Assembly (NCBI RefSeq): GCF_044704955.1
Contig: NC_091997.1
Coordinates: forward strand, 65,286,001 to 65,350,000
From: Pristiophorus japonicus
Taxonomy: Eukaryota
Reading direction: 5' to 3'
Length of the DNA stretch: 64,000 nt
The notes beneath the pieces were generated by a model. It searched no databases and was not told where the DNA came from. It worked only from the letters and a program-made list of their open reading frames with translations. A program made the translations under genes and the position numbers. Shown here one piece after another: positions 11,505-23,484 of this stretch; within the stretch, counting starts at the first letter, position 1, and every line of letters begins with the position of its first letter.

Positions 11505-14254
11505 GGATGCAAGGTGACCAGGACTGGGAATTAAATATTCAGAGGTATTTGACAGGAAGGATGGACAGAAAGGAAAAGGAGGTGGGGTAGCTCTGCTGAT
11601 AAAGGATGGAATCACTTCAATAGTGAGAAACGATCAAATGATCAGGATATTGAAACAGTTTGGATGGAGATAAGGAATAATAAGGGGAAAAAGTCACTGG
11701 TGGCCGTAGACTATAGGCCCCGTAACAGTAGCAACTCTTGGTCGGAGCATAAACCAGGAAATATTAGGGGCTTGTAAAAAGGGAACAGCAATCGTCATGG
11801 GTGATTTTAACTTCCACATTGATTGGACAAATCAAATTGGTCAGGGTAGCCTTGAGGAAGAGTTCATAGAGTGCTTAAGGGACGGGTTCCTTGAGCAATA
11901 TGTAACGGAACCAACCCGGGGGCAGGCTATCTTAGATCTGGTCCTGTGTAATGAGACAGGATTAATAGACAATGTCCGAGTAAAGGAATGAGTGATCATA
12001 GCATGATTGAATTTCAAATTCAGATGGAGGGTGAGAAAGTTGGATCTCTAGCCAGCGTACTAAGCTTAAGTAAAGGAGACTATGAAGGTATGAGGGCAAA
12101 GTTGGCTAAAGTGGATTGGGAAAATAGATTAAAGTATAGGACGGTTGATGAACAGTGGTGTACATTTAAGGAGATATTTCATAACTCTCAAGAAAAATAT
12201 ATTCCAGTGAGGAGGAAAGGGTGTAAGAGAAAAGATAGCCATCCGTGGCTAACTAAAGAAATAAAGGATGGTATCCAATTAAAAACAAGGGCATACAAAG
12301 TGGCCAAAACTAGTGGGAGGACAGAAGACTGGGAAGCTTTTAAAAGCCAGCAAAGAATGACTAAAAAAAAATTAAGAAAGGGAAAACAGACTATGAAAGT
12401 AAACTAGCACAAAATATAAAACCGATTGCAAAAGTTTCTATAGGTATATAAAAAGAAAAAAGAGTGACTAAAGTAAATGTTGCTCCCTTAGAGGACGAGA
12501 CCGGGGAATTAGTAATGGGGAACATGGAGATGGCAGAAACTCTGAACAAATATTTTGTATCAGTTTTTACGGTAGAGGACACAAACAATATCCCAACAGT
12601 GGATAGTCAAGGGGCTATGGGGGGGGGGGGGAGGAACTTAACACAATCACAATCACTAAGGAGGTGGTACTCAGTAAGATAACGGGACGAAAGGCAGATA
12701 AATCCCCTGGACCCGATGGCTTGCATCCTAGTGGCAGGGATTGTGGATTTACTGGTTGTAATTTACCAAAATTCCCTGGATTCTGGGGAGGTCCCAGCAG
12801 ATTGGAAAACTGAAAATGTAACGCCTCTATTTAAAAAAGGAGGCAGACAAAAAGCAGGAAACTATAGACCAGTTAGCCGAACACCTGCGGTTGGGAAAAT
12901 GTTGAAATCCATTGTTAAAGAAGTAGTAGCAGGACATTTGGAAAAGCATAATTCGGTCAGGCAGAGTCAGCATGGATTTATGAAGGGGAAGTCATTTGCT
13001 GGAATTCTTTGAGGATGTAACGAACAGGGTGGATAAAGGGGAACCAGTGGATGTGGTGTATTTGGACTTCCAGAAGGCATTTGACAAGGTGCCACATAAA
13101 AGGTTACTGCACAAGATAAAAGTTCACTGGGTTGGGAGTAATATATTAGCATGGATAGAGGATTGGCTAACTAACAGAGAACAGAGTCGGGATAAATGGT
13201 TCATTCTCTGGTTGGCAACCAGTAACTAGTGGAGTGCCGCAGGGATCAGTGCTGTGACCCCAATTATTTACAATCTATATTAACGACTTGGAAGAAGGGA
13301 CTGAGTGTAACGTAGCCAAGTTTGCTGACGATACAAAGATGGGAGGAAAAGCAATGTGTGAGGACACAAAAAATCTGCAAAAGGACATAGACAGGCTACA
13401 TGAGTGGGCAAACATTTGGCAAATGGAGTATAATGTTGGAAAGTGTGAGGTCATGCACTTTGGCAGAAAAAAAATCAAAGAGCAAGTTATAATTTAAATG
13501 GAGAAAGATTGCAACGTGCAGCAGTATAGCAGGACCCGGGGGTACTTGTGCATGAAACACAAAAGGTTAGTATGCAGGTACAGCAAGTGATTAGGAAGGC
13601 CAATGGAATCTTGGCCTTTATTGCAAAGGGGATCGAGTACAAAAGCAGGGAAGTCTTGCTGCAGTTATACAGGGTATTGGTCAGGCTACACCTAGAATAC
13701 TGCGTGCAGTTTTGGTTTCCATATTTACGAAAGAATATACTTGCTTTGGAGGCAGTTCAGAGAAGGTTCACTAGGTTGATTCCGGAGATGAGGGGGTTGA
13801 CTTATGAGGACAGGTTGAGTAGGTTGGGCCTCGACTCATTGGAATTCAGAAGATTGAGAGGTGATCTTATCGAAACGAATAAGATTATGAGGGGGTTTGT
13901 CAAGGTGGATGCAGAGAGGATGTTTCCACTGATGGGGGAGACTAGAACTAGTCGGCACGATCTTAGAATAAGGGGTCGCCCATTTAAAACTGAGATGAGA
14001 AGAACTTTCTTTTCTGAGAGGGTTCTGGCTCTGTGGAATTCACTGTCTCAGAGAGCTGTGGAAGCTGGGACATTGAATAAATTTAAGACAGAGATAGACA
14101 GTTTCTTAACTGATAAGGGAATAAGGGGTTATGGCGAGCGGGCGGGGAAGTGGACCTGAGTCTATGATCAAAGCAGCCATGATCGTATTAAATGGCGGAG
14201 CAGACTCGAGGGGCCATATGGCCTACTCGTGCTCGTATTTCTTATGTTCTTATG
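11505..14254 (+). mobile_element. CR1 LINE ORF2 (part of the endonuclease plus RT), frameshifted
   Basis: MGDFN and SDH endonuclease motifs, YLDFQKAFD and FADD motifs, (TTCTTATG)n tail. Confidence 0.96.
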
Positions 14255-15599
14255 TAAGGCTGTCTTCCATTGTCAAACTTGGATAGTCCCTCCTGTAGAG
14301 GGTGTATATATATATATATAATATATACACATATTTCTGAGAAAAGAAAGTATCGCCAGTGTCTGGGCAAAATTCATACGATAAGAAAATCCTGTTTGTT
14401 TTTTTAAAATGGTAACTGCACAATTTGTACGCAAGGATGTGTTTTCGGCGATAAATAATCAATCAAAGCAAAACAACGGAAGCCTTTTCACGAACCAGTA
14501 CGGTAAAACTTTCATATTCACAATTTCAAAAAAGGCACAAGACGGCACTTCTAATTCCTAAACACCCTTAATTCACCAATTTGTTGATAACACTCAATGA
14601 ATAACGGGTGCAGCACTTTTAACTTTCTGAGTCACATCCCGAGAGTTAGGATGGGCTTCAACGGGATGAGTAGCATTTCCTCAGACTTCATTTTTCTCAT
14701 GTTCGCATACCAACAAACATTCTGCTTGTATGCCAGTTAGTGGTGTCAATTTCATCAGTTCAAAACAGACACTATTCAGATCAAAACTCAATCTGAACAA
14801 GTTGCACATAAATCATTAATTCCGAAGTCTACTTTGTCGGTTGACCAATGTCATATGCATGATCGGACTCCAGAGACTGAAGGACTCCATTGTTTATCCC
14901 AAGACTGGAAAGGATGGACAGCTGTGGAAGGCTTTAGTGTCTGGCACCAAATATTGCAGTCTCCTTCACAAGACCACCATGTGCTTTCATTCAATAACAT
15001 GTCAGTATATTCTCACCAAGTCTGCATGAAGTGGTAGAAAATTAACCAAAATAATTTGCACTCATGCTGCATCAACAAAACATGTTTTATTTTCTATGAC
15101 CCATTACTGCCTGTACTCTCAAAAACAGAATTTATAATGTTAAACCACTGACAACAGCAGTAGTTTTTCTGCAACATGCTTAAATCACAATTTCCCTTTG
15201 CCTGTATTTATAGGAATCAGCTCCAATACCATTAGAGTATAGCGGTAGCGTGTTCTTTTTTTCTAATGATTCTTTGCAACTTGTCCCCTTTCCAAACAGG
15301 CACAACAGGCTCGGCCAACGCTGTCTCCACAACTAGCATTCGCGGTGCTCCACCAGGTGAAGCTTAAGCAAATGGATCCAATGTTGATATTTTGTTTTGT
15401 TTCCACATCACTCCATCGGACAAGCCTTGTGCCTACTGCGGTGAGTATTCACATTTTGTTCTTCTTCCCACCCATTTCTTCGAAAGACCAGAGGGAAAAT
15501 TTATAAATTCACCTTGATTTTTATTCCAATAATTTCTACAGAGGAAAAATTGGGCAGGTTCTACAATGGGTGCGTGATCTGCTCTGCCAGGTTACCAAC

Positions 15600-15940
15600 A
15601 GTGAAGTTGAAAGTTACTATTACCGGGAGCCCTCCTGTACTTCACTAATGTTGTTCTACATCATGTCTGAGCAGAGACTGAGAATGTCAGCAGGCTATGG
15701 AATGGAAGCCATCATCGTTGAGCCTAATCCTGTTCTCAGTGAATGTTCACACATGGGTACCGCGCACAACAGGAGTCACTGGATAGTGATCAGGATCAGG
15801 AATCATGACTGATCTTTTCCCCTCCCTCACCCTGGGGCACCAAGGCCAATGTAGCATCCTAATGGAGGCAAACGGTTTGCATCCCAGCTGAAATCCCCTA
15901 ATTCAGCACAGACCAAGGATAGATCCTGGGATTTGAGTAA
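15600..15940 (-). mobile_element. Old SINE family B copy
   Basis: gagcctaatcctgttctca, gtcactggatagtgatcagg, attcagcacagaccaagg blocks. Confidence 0.7.
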
Positions 15941-16103
15941 TCAGATCATTACGAGGAAACATCTGTCACAAAGCAAGTTCTTTGACAAAATCACAACCTC
16001 ACGAGAACAGATTATTACATTTTTGAAATGAAAACTGATAACTTTCTCTCCACAATAGACATCCATACAGCATACTTCTGGCACTCTAGGCATCTCATCT
16101 CAC

Positions 16104-16201
16104 CGTTTCCTGGTCTTTGGTAGGAATCCAACCATCTCCATTGCTAATTGTAAGCGCTCAAAGTCATGTTTCAGATCCTCCCCCTCTACAGTGAAACTGT
16201 C
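16104..16201 (-). CDS. MYO9A: Myosin IXA exon (exon 7 equivalent)
   Basis: [32 protein letters not shown](R); acceptor tagcag, donor gtgaga; 98 bp, phase 0-2. Confidence 0.95.
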
Positions 16202-16277
16202 CTGCTAAATTTAAAGAGAAAACAATTTTAAGTTAGCAAACATTATACAAACAACTTGTAAAATCAATTGTCACTCA

Positions 16278-16600
16278 CCCTTCCCTGAAGGCATTGGCTC
16301 TTTCCTGGGGTAATGTTGCATAAAATACTCGTCACCCTCTCATGCAAGTGGCAATTCCTCAGGTGAGAACCTCAACAGTGAGCATCAAGGCTGTTTGACT
16401 GTAGAGACCATTATAGCAAAGCCCAATCCTATACTCACTCAATATTAACACTTGGACTTCCAGGAACGGTAACAATCAAGTGTGGAAACCCTGCTGACCC
16501 TCTGGCCCAGCAGTCTTCAAGTCTTTGGAACAACTTCACTGCTGCCTCGGCCGAGTTCAGCCCAAGAACTGGACCTGGATTCTTTCTGATCTATATCGCT
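16278..16600 (-). mobile_element. Old SINE family B copy
   Basis: caagtggcaatt, agcccaatccta, ggaaaccctgctga blocks. Confidence 0.6.
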
Positions 16601-17234
16601 CACATGCTCATATCTGACAGACACAGTGTAGTGAGTAAAAGGCTGAGATCGTAGCTAGGCTTGCCACTGTCTTCCAACAATACGGGATAAAATGCAACAG
16701 ACTAAAGAATAAGATCATGGCTCAAGCTCTGAAGTTTGCTTCAAAACTTAACTAATCATAAGTCACAGATGTAAACCAAACTCAAGTCTAAACTTTCCCC
16801 CATGCCTACCAGGAAGCAAACTGTATCCTGGGAGCATAGGAATGCCACAAAATATGAAATCTTCAAACTATTTGCACAAACTACACTTAATACAAAGTTT
16901 GGTGCATAATTTGAAATCGAGGGGTGACTTTTGGGAGTTTTGTCTTGCCCCTGCATTGTACCTACACGATCAATGCCCATTATGAAGGAGCTGAGTCCAC
17001 CCCCTTCTAAATTTACATGCATCCTGAAATCTGCTGTCAGAGGCAGTTCAAAAGACAAGCTCAGTCCCTATTGGTTCAGCAATGAGACTGACAGTACATT
17101 GTGAAAGAAAATGGAGATACTGAAGGTCACAAGATGCACGTAAGCATCGGTCTCCCAGTGATCTAATCTACAACATAAAACCAGCTTTATAGAGCTGATT
17201 CGGTGGTATAGCTGCAGGCGACTGAAGTCATACC

Positions 17235-18126
17235 GGCACGGACCAGTTGGGCCCGTTTCTGTGCTGTAAATTCTATGTAATATATTACGCTACAATATTC
17301 CTTATATTAGTTATATATGATATGATACTCACTAGTGTTACTGATATCAAACAGTATTATCGCTATGTTGCAGTGCTGTTGATGGGGTCACTGATGGGGA
17401 CTGGGAAGTTACAGTATTAATGGTGAATTACAGTATTAACTCTCTCACAGGTCAGGGTGGCCCACAATGTTCCAGGTCGGGGGGATAAAAGAGCAGCACG
17501 GGCTCCTGGAACATTGTGGGCCACCCCGACCTGCGAGAGGACACCACTGCAGGTCAAGAGGATAAAAGAGCATCAAACTGCAGTTTCCAGCGCAAGCTGC
17601 GACAAGTGTACGACGGTTTCGAAGTGGGTGACTGGGTGATATCAAAACCCAGGTCGCAGTTTGGAGCGTGGGCAGGAACATCGGCGGGGCCCAGGTACAG
17701 CGGAGGAGAAGGAAGGTTGAGCAGTAAGAGATCGTGGTGGAAGTGAGGCGAATGTTTTTGAGGTGGAGGAACAGCGAGAGATTGTGGCGGAGGTGCAGTA
17801 AATGAGGGTACGGGGCCCAGAAGAGCCGAGGGCCCAGGGGCAGCACGGGCCAGCCCACACTGCGATGTGTGCGCACACTAGGTCCATGCAGCAGAGCAGG
17901 TCTCCAGTCGTCCTGTTTAACTCTTGCCACTGGATAAAGGCCTAGCTCTGTCAAGTCCGTGTGGTGGCTGATGTGCAACGGTCACCCCACGTTAAACAAA
18001 TCCACGCACAGGCATCTTCCACCCTTCAATTGGAGTTCAATACAAGAATATCGGGTCCTTCATTGAAACATCTGTGAAACCATGTGGAAGCAAGTCATCC
18101 TCTTTCGAGGGACCGCCATTGATGAT
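17235..18126 (+). mobile_element. Chimeric non-autonomous retroposon with (GAT)n tail and 15-bp TSD
   Basis: GACTGAAGTCATACC at 17220-17234 and 18127-18141; body and tail shared with 1-90 and 47707-47808. Confidence 0.85.
17442..17539. repeat. 35-bp inverted repeat with a 28-nt loop
   Basis: Arms at 17442-17476 and 17505-17539, 33/35 complementary. Confidence 0.95.
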
Positions 18127-18489
18127 GACTGAAGTCATACCTTTTCAACATCTACCAATAATGTTGCTTTGCGGCAGTGATTAGTGTCTCCTGTTTCAGT
18201 ATCTAACCATTAGGCTGATCAAGGAGCTGTTGGAAATTATGTTACGAGCAAATCAGAGATTCTGACGAAGCAAATGAAGAAATCTCCTCTTTCCAACAGT
18301 CCCACACTGAAACCTAGCATAAGGAAATACGTAAGAGCAATCTTAAGTGGGGAAAGGCCTTGCATCTCTGTTTGATGCTTCATATTTGTAGACGTGCTTC
18401 CTAATTATGGCAGAAGTTGAAACAGAAAATGCCAAAAATTACATGCTCTTTCCCTTCACGGCAGATACTCCACCTGAAAGATCACAGTC

Positions 18490-18612
18490 CGAGAAAAACT
18501 GGCAGATGGAGCCTCAGTTTAACATCTCATCTAAAAGAGGGCACCTTCAACAGTGCAGCAATCCCTCAGTGCTGTACTGAAGATCTGGACTACAGATTCA
18601 ATCCAGAGTGAG
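18490..18612 (-). mobile_element. Deu-domain SINE fragment
   Basis: gtttaacatctcatc..ggcacc..acagtgcagca-tccctcagt is the reverse complement of the Deu core. Confidence 0.7.
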
Positions 18613-19224
18613 GACAGGTTAAGAAAAGCCATGGGTTGCAAAACTGATCGTGTATGCCAGGCATATAGCATTAGCAGCAATTACCCGGCAGTTCAGGGAT
18701 AAGAGCTAGTGACTGAAGGAAAATACAGAATAGATGCCTTGACAGAGTTGAGATTACTTTGTGGTAAAGGCAAAAATTGGTGGACGGAGGGGAGCGGTTT
18801 TGCTAAAATGTTTGTTACTTAGTTTCAATTACCAAAGTTGAGAAATACCTGCCGCAATAGTCACGAGTGGAAAAAAAATCAGTTTCAGATTCGAAGTACT
18901 TATGCGTAGTCTTGTTTTAGTTTTAAGTGGCTGTCGATACTTTGCAGTTATGTGTGGGTTGCCCTCATAATACACTGTGCACTGGTGGTTGGACACATTT
19001 CCTTTAATGTGGTGCCAAGGAGGAACTCAAGATAAGATTGGGTAATTCTGGGGAAACCACAAAGAACAAACCCACAACAATGCAAATCCAGTGAACACCA
19101 AAAGACATGCTCATTTGAATCCATTACAGCACTTAACACCCATGTTGCAGGAGCTCGCTCGTTTGATAGAGTAATCTAAAACCGAGCTTTGAGTTGAATA
19201 GTGAAAATGGCTGCTTGATGTCAG

Positions 19225-19400
19225 TCAGCTGGGAGCACTCTTGCCTTTGGGTAGCTTAGTGTTCAAGCTCCACACCATGACTTTAGCGCCTGATGTAGGG
19301 CGACACTCTATTACAATACTGAGTTCATGGGTGCCGTACTTCAGAGACGTTTAATCAAAGATGAAATAGGAAGCCGATAGGGTTGGTTGTGCTGAAGGAT
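19225..19400 (+). mobile_element. Highly diverged Deu-domain SINE 5' part
   Basis: gcactcttgcct..gttcaagc..tactgag..ggtgccgt..gagacgttt. Confidence 0.55.
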
Positions 19401-20218
19401 GAGACCAAACATGCCTTCTTAACTTTCAGTGATCTTGTGGTATCTAATTTAAATCGAGTATTGCTGGACACGCATGAATGAGTAAGTCTCAAAGATGTTC
19501 TGATCGTTAGATCCAGGAATTGTCTCACTGCAATACAACACAAAATTTGTACGATGTTTCGTGTATAATGTTTATATTAGTCATTTTGTTTTTGTTTTGA
19601 GAAAAAAATGGGTTCAAGAAATGGGGGCCGATCTTATATTTAAATGCATGAGGGAATATAACAGTTTAACAGCTAGGTGCTCTGATTACTAGATCTGTAG
19701 CAATGTACACAGTCCATAAAGAGGGCTTAAGACAGTATTTTCACATCTTTAGTTCTGAAAAGATTGACAGCAGCTGTATTACAGTGGGTCACAAAGCAGA
19801 CCTTGCAATGGCTGAAAATAATATCACACTGTTCCTGAGCTCACATGCATTGTACAATGTGGGTTGAAAAAAATGCTTGGATTTATGCAGCACTTTATCA
19901 TGGGTCTCAGAAACGTCTCAAACAACTTCACCTGCAATTAATTACTTTGACGTGCAGTAACTTTCGTAAACGCTTAAGCCATTCTGTACAAATCTTCTAA
20001 TTCAAAGACAACGGTCTAAAAAAGTAACCCAAGCTGGCAATCTACCTTCTTACACATCCATATTTGAACAGAATTGACTGCTTTTGTTATCTGTCTCGCT
20101 CTCTTTAAAGCTCTTAAGTGCCCAGGTTTGGCAACTTATAACTGCAGTCAAATACATGACGAGTAATGTTATGGTGGAAATATTGCTTCTATTTCCCTTA
20201 CAGTATTTGAATATAGAA

Positions 20219-20315
20219 TACAACAACAATTTGTATTTATATAGCACCTTTAATGTAGTAAAACATCCCAAGGCGTTTCACAGGAGCACTGAGAGATTAA
20301 AAATGACAGATATTT
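20219..20315 (-). mobile_element. L2-like LINE 3' tail stub
   Basis: caacaac..atttatatagcacctttaatgtagtaaaacatcccaaggcg; matches 6345-6410. Confidence 0.8.
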
Positions 20316-20639
20316 GATCTGTTTACAGCTTTCAGCAATTTATGGGTTTCTATATGGCACGAGTTGGATCTCTGGTTTAACTGCCTGTGAATGAATAGAT
20401 GATCTGTTGGTGCCAATGCAATACATACCTGTGACTAGTTTAGAGAATATTTGTATCCTACAGAACCTGGTCATTAAATTAAATTCCCATTGCATGAGTG
20501 TTAAATGCTGTTATGATTACAATACAAAGATATGCACATTTATTGCTTATTAATTTTTAGTATCAATGTTTGGATGCACATATTACAAAGCATAGTACCT
20601 GTAACTGCCTACCACTTGCAGTTTTTGCCTGTCTTTTCT

Positions 20640-20975
20640 GTTTTTTCTCCTTTCTTCCTCCCCAAAATGTTTTCCTGATGGTACTGATCTCTTTGGCGGG
20701 GTATTGTCCCACAGTAATCCTCTGGTAACTTACCCAATGCCTATTGTTCCTGCCTGGACCTAGATATCAAGTGCTGGATAGCTACTTGACTATATCACAG
20801 CCAAACCAATCCTGCCCTCACCTGACTGATGCACATGAACAAGGAGGTTAGGGATCAGGACCAGGAACCGTGGCTGATTTTTTCCCTTCCAATCTGCTGC
20901 CCTAGCTGTAATGAGCTAACAGAAGATTGTGTATTGAACCTAAAACCTTGATCTTATGTAATTCAGCTAAACACT
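20640..20975 (-). mobile_element. Old SINE family B copy
   Basis: cacagccaaaccaatcctgccctcacc, caggaaccgtggctgatttttttccc blocks. Confidence 0.65.
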
Positions 20976-22469
20976 GTTTTAACTTACTATAAGCATCACA
21001 GAAGCTGTTGCTTTCTGTTTTTCATAAAAATCACACAAGATTTGGGAAAACTATGAAGGCCAGTGGGTGAACCAACCTGCACTCGAGTCATCAAATAACT
21101 TAAGTCATAAGCAACATCTCTCAATCTTTCCCAGTGGACTAATATTCTATGACACCAGCAGTGTTAAGCTCCTGGCTCAATTAAAGAGAAGCACGGGTTT
21201 TAAAGAGCATGCTTTTGTTTTATGCAGGGTAGCAGCTGAAGCACCAAACAATTTGATCTGAAACTGGTCCACATGCCAAACACCAAACACATAAAAATCA
21301 AGGCTGACAGAGTTAAAGATTCATGCTACAATTTGAACAAGCAGGCAACAGGCAGAAAGCAAATTCCAGTTGTTTGGTCATTTCTGTAATAAGATCAGTA
21401 AAACTGCTCAAGATCATATTTGGTGAATATTTCAAATCATAAGGAAAGCTGAAATGGGAAAAGGCGATTTGACCCCTTCACACACAATATCCAATCTGTC
21501 CTATTATGGACTCTTCTTCCCCACTGCTGTCCCGAGATCAATCAATCCCTTTTTAAAGCATTAACTGGTCCACAGTTAACTATTTTTTTCTGATCCATAA
21601 TGAACTACTTTTTTCTGATCGCCTGTTGCACTAATCATTTCATTACAATAATATTTAATAAAATCACTTTATATTACATACTTAATAAGTCCCATTTTTA
21701 TCTGGATCTGCTTTAGTTTAACTGAAGGGCAAAACCAATGAGATCCTTTATCCCCTTAAAGTGCTGATGGTTGGAGGAGGACTGCATTGGTCTGGAACAA
21801 TTCAAAGAATGAAGAATACGGATAAAGATTCTAACACTTCCACTCATTCACTGAACCCTATCTTTGCTGTATTAAAAGTCCTTGTAAGCCAGCAATCAAT
21901 CCTAAGTGAGACTTTATTGTGCTTAGAGAGAAAAAACCTGCTGCAGCACCCATAACACTGATGTTGACACGGCGCACAAGTACAACATTTGGAAGCTATT
22001 ACAAGAAATGACCAAAAAGGATCAAGCAGACCTGGCAGTCAACGTGTTTTCAACCACAAGGAAAACAGGGTGTTGTTCCTCTGTACTGCACTGATCGAAT
22101 GGGCTAAGTTGTGTAACTACTTCTGTAGCCAGCAATGCAGACCACACTCTGCGACGTCAACCTGTCATTTTGCAGGCATCACTTTCACAAGCTACAAGAT
22201 TTGGTGGATCGGAGGGGCAAACAGAAGATTGAAATGCAGTATATTCCTTTTTATCCAAGAAAAAGATGTATATAAATATATTTGAACCGTAACTCTTTTC
22301 CAATTACATAATCTAGAATGACTAATTTTGAGTTGTTATTGATCAGATTAAAGTCCCAAATGTTTCTGGAAAACTGGCAGTGTTTGACAATTATCCCTGT
22401 GCTTTTCTTGTGGATGTGCAGAGATGGATCGGCATCTCACCACTGGCAACACAAAACTTAAATACTAAC

Positions 22470-22523
22470 CGGCTCGGAATCATAGTAATCATCCCAGGTC
22501 TGTCGGAGTGGTTTCTTTGTCAT
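22470..22523 (-). CDS. MYO9A: Myosin IXA short exon (exon 6 equivalent), MYO9A-specific head insert
   Basis: MTKKPLRQTWDDYYDSEP, close to the recalled human ITKKPLRQSWDDYCYDSEP; acceptor tctcag, donor gttagt; 54 bp, phase 0-0. Confidence 0.92.
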
Positions 22524-23384
22524 CTGAGAAAGCAAGGTAAATGGTGTTAGGAAGCGCATACATCTCCAGCAACCTTCACAAGGATGGCTCAGGATGCATA
22601 TCCAGCAGTTAAGCTCAAGACAAACCTGTGTCACTCTCAACAAGAACCAATTCCCTTCATCCAACAACATAGCATTTTTTTTCTAAAACTGTACTGCAAA
22701 AAATCTCAAATAATCTTGAAGTAATGATCTCTCCATCTGCATTGCAAGTATATGCAATCATCAACCAATTACATTGTGAATGTTCAAACAACTTCAGTAA
22801 TTAGTTCCAACTGTAAAGGAAGATTTTCATGTCCAATTTTCATCTTCATGAATAATGGTGTTCATCCCTGATTAGACTTTTCCCTCCAGCCCCATTAACT
22901 CAAAATCTCTCCATACATCTCTCATTTGTAGGTATAGTTGTTAGTATTTTTTCCTTCTAGAAATAGACCTATCTGCAGAATAAAAAAATCATATGTACTG
23001 GAATGCATCTCAAGGGTATCTTATAATACATCACAAGCTTCTGTTAATTATTAGTGGGGCAAAATTTGGACTTGTGTATGCAGTTTTGTGTTTCCCTGTT
23101 AGTTAGGGGACATGTCTTCACACCGTACATGCTTTATAATTTAATATGTATTACCTTACTTTGTGTGTTAACATCCAGCTGCCATTAATGTACCGAGATC
23201 CATATGAATGCTATCAAACTGTCTTATGTAAGTCACCTGCCACAGCTTCAAGTCATCAATCAATTTAATAATACTGAAAAAAAATACCTTCCTGGCTATA
23301 ATTTCTGAATGCAGCAGGTACTTTTTCACAAATAACATCTGCGATGAAATATTCTTTGTACAGAATCTAGCTTTTGGAGCTGAC

Positions 23385-23484
23385 CTGGTTCAAGTAATGG
23401 TATTCCTCAGGCTCCAGCAGATGAAAACTCTTTTTCTCTTCTTCACTGGCTCCTGCCAGCAGGTAGTAGAATACATGATAGTTC
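23385..23484 (-). CDS. MYO9A: Myosin IXA exon (exon 5 equivalent)
   Basis: (R)[33 protein letters not shown]; ERNYHVFY motif; acceptor tttcag, donor gtcagc; 100 bp, phase 2-0. Confidence 0.96.

Noticed and set aside
17445-17978. 177-aa ORF in the chimeric retroposon
   Set aside because: GC-rich repeat sequence with no recognisable domain and a non-ATG start.
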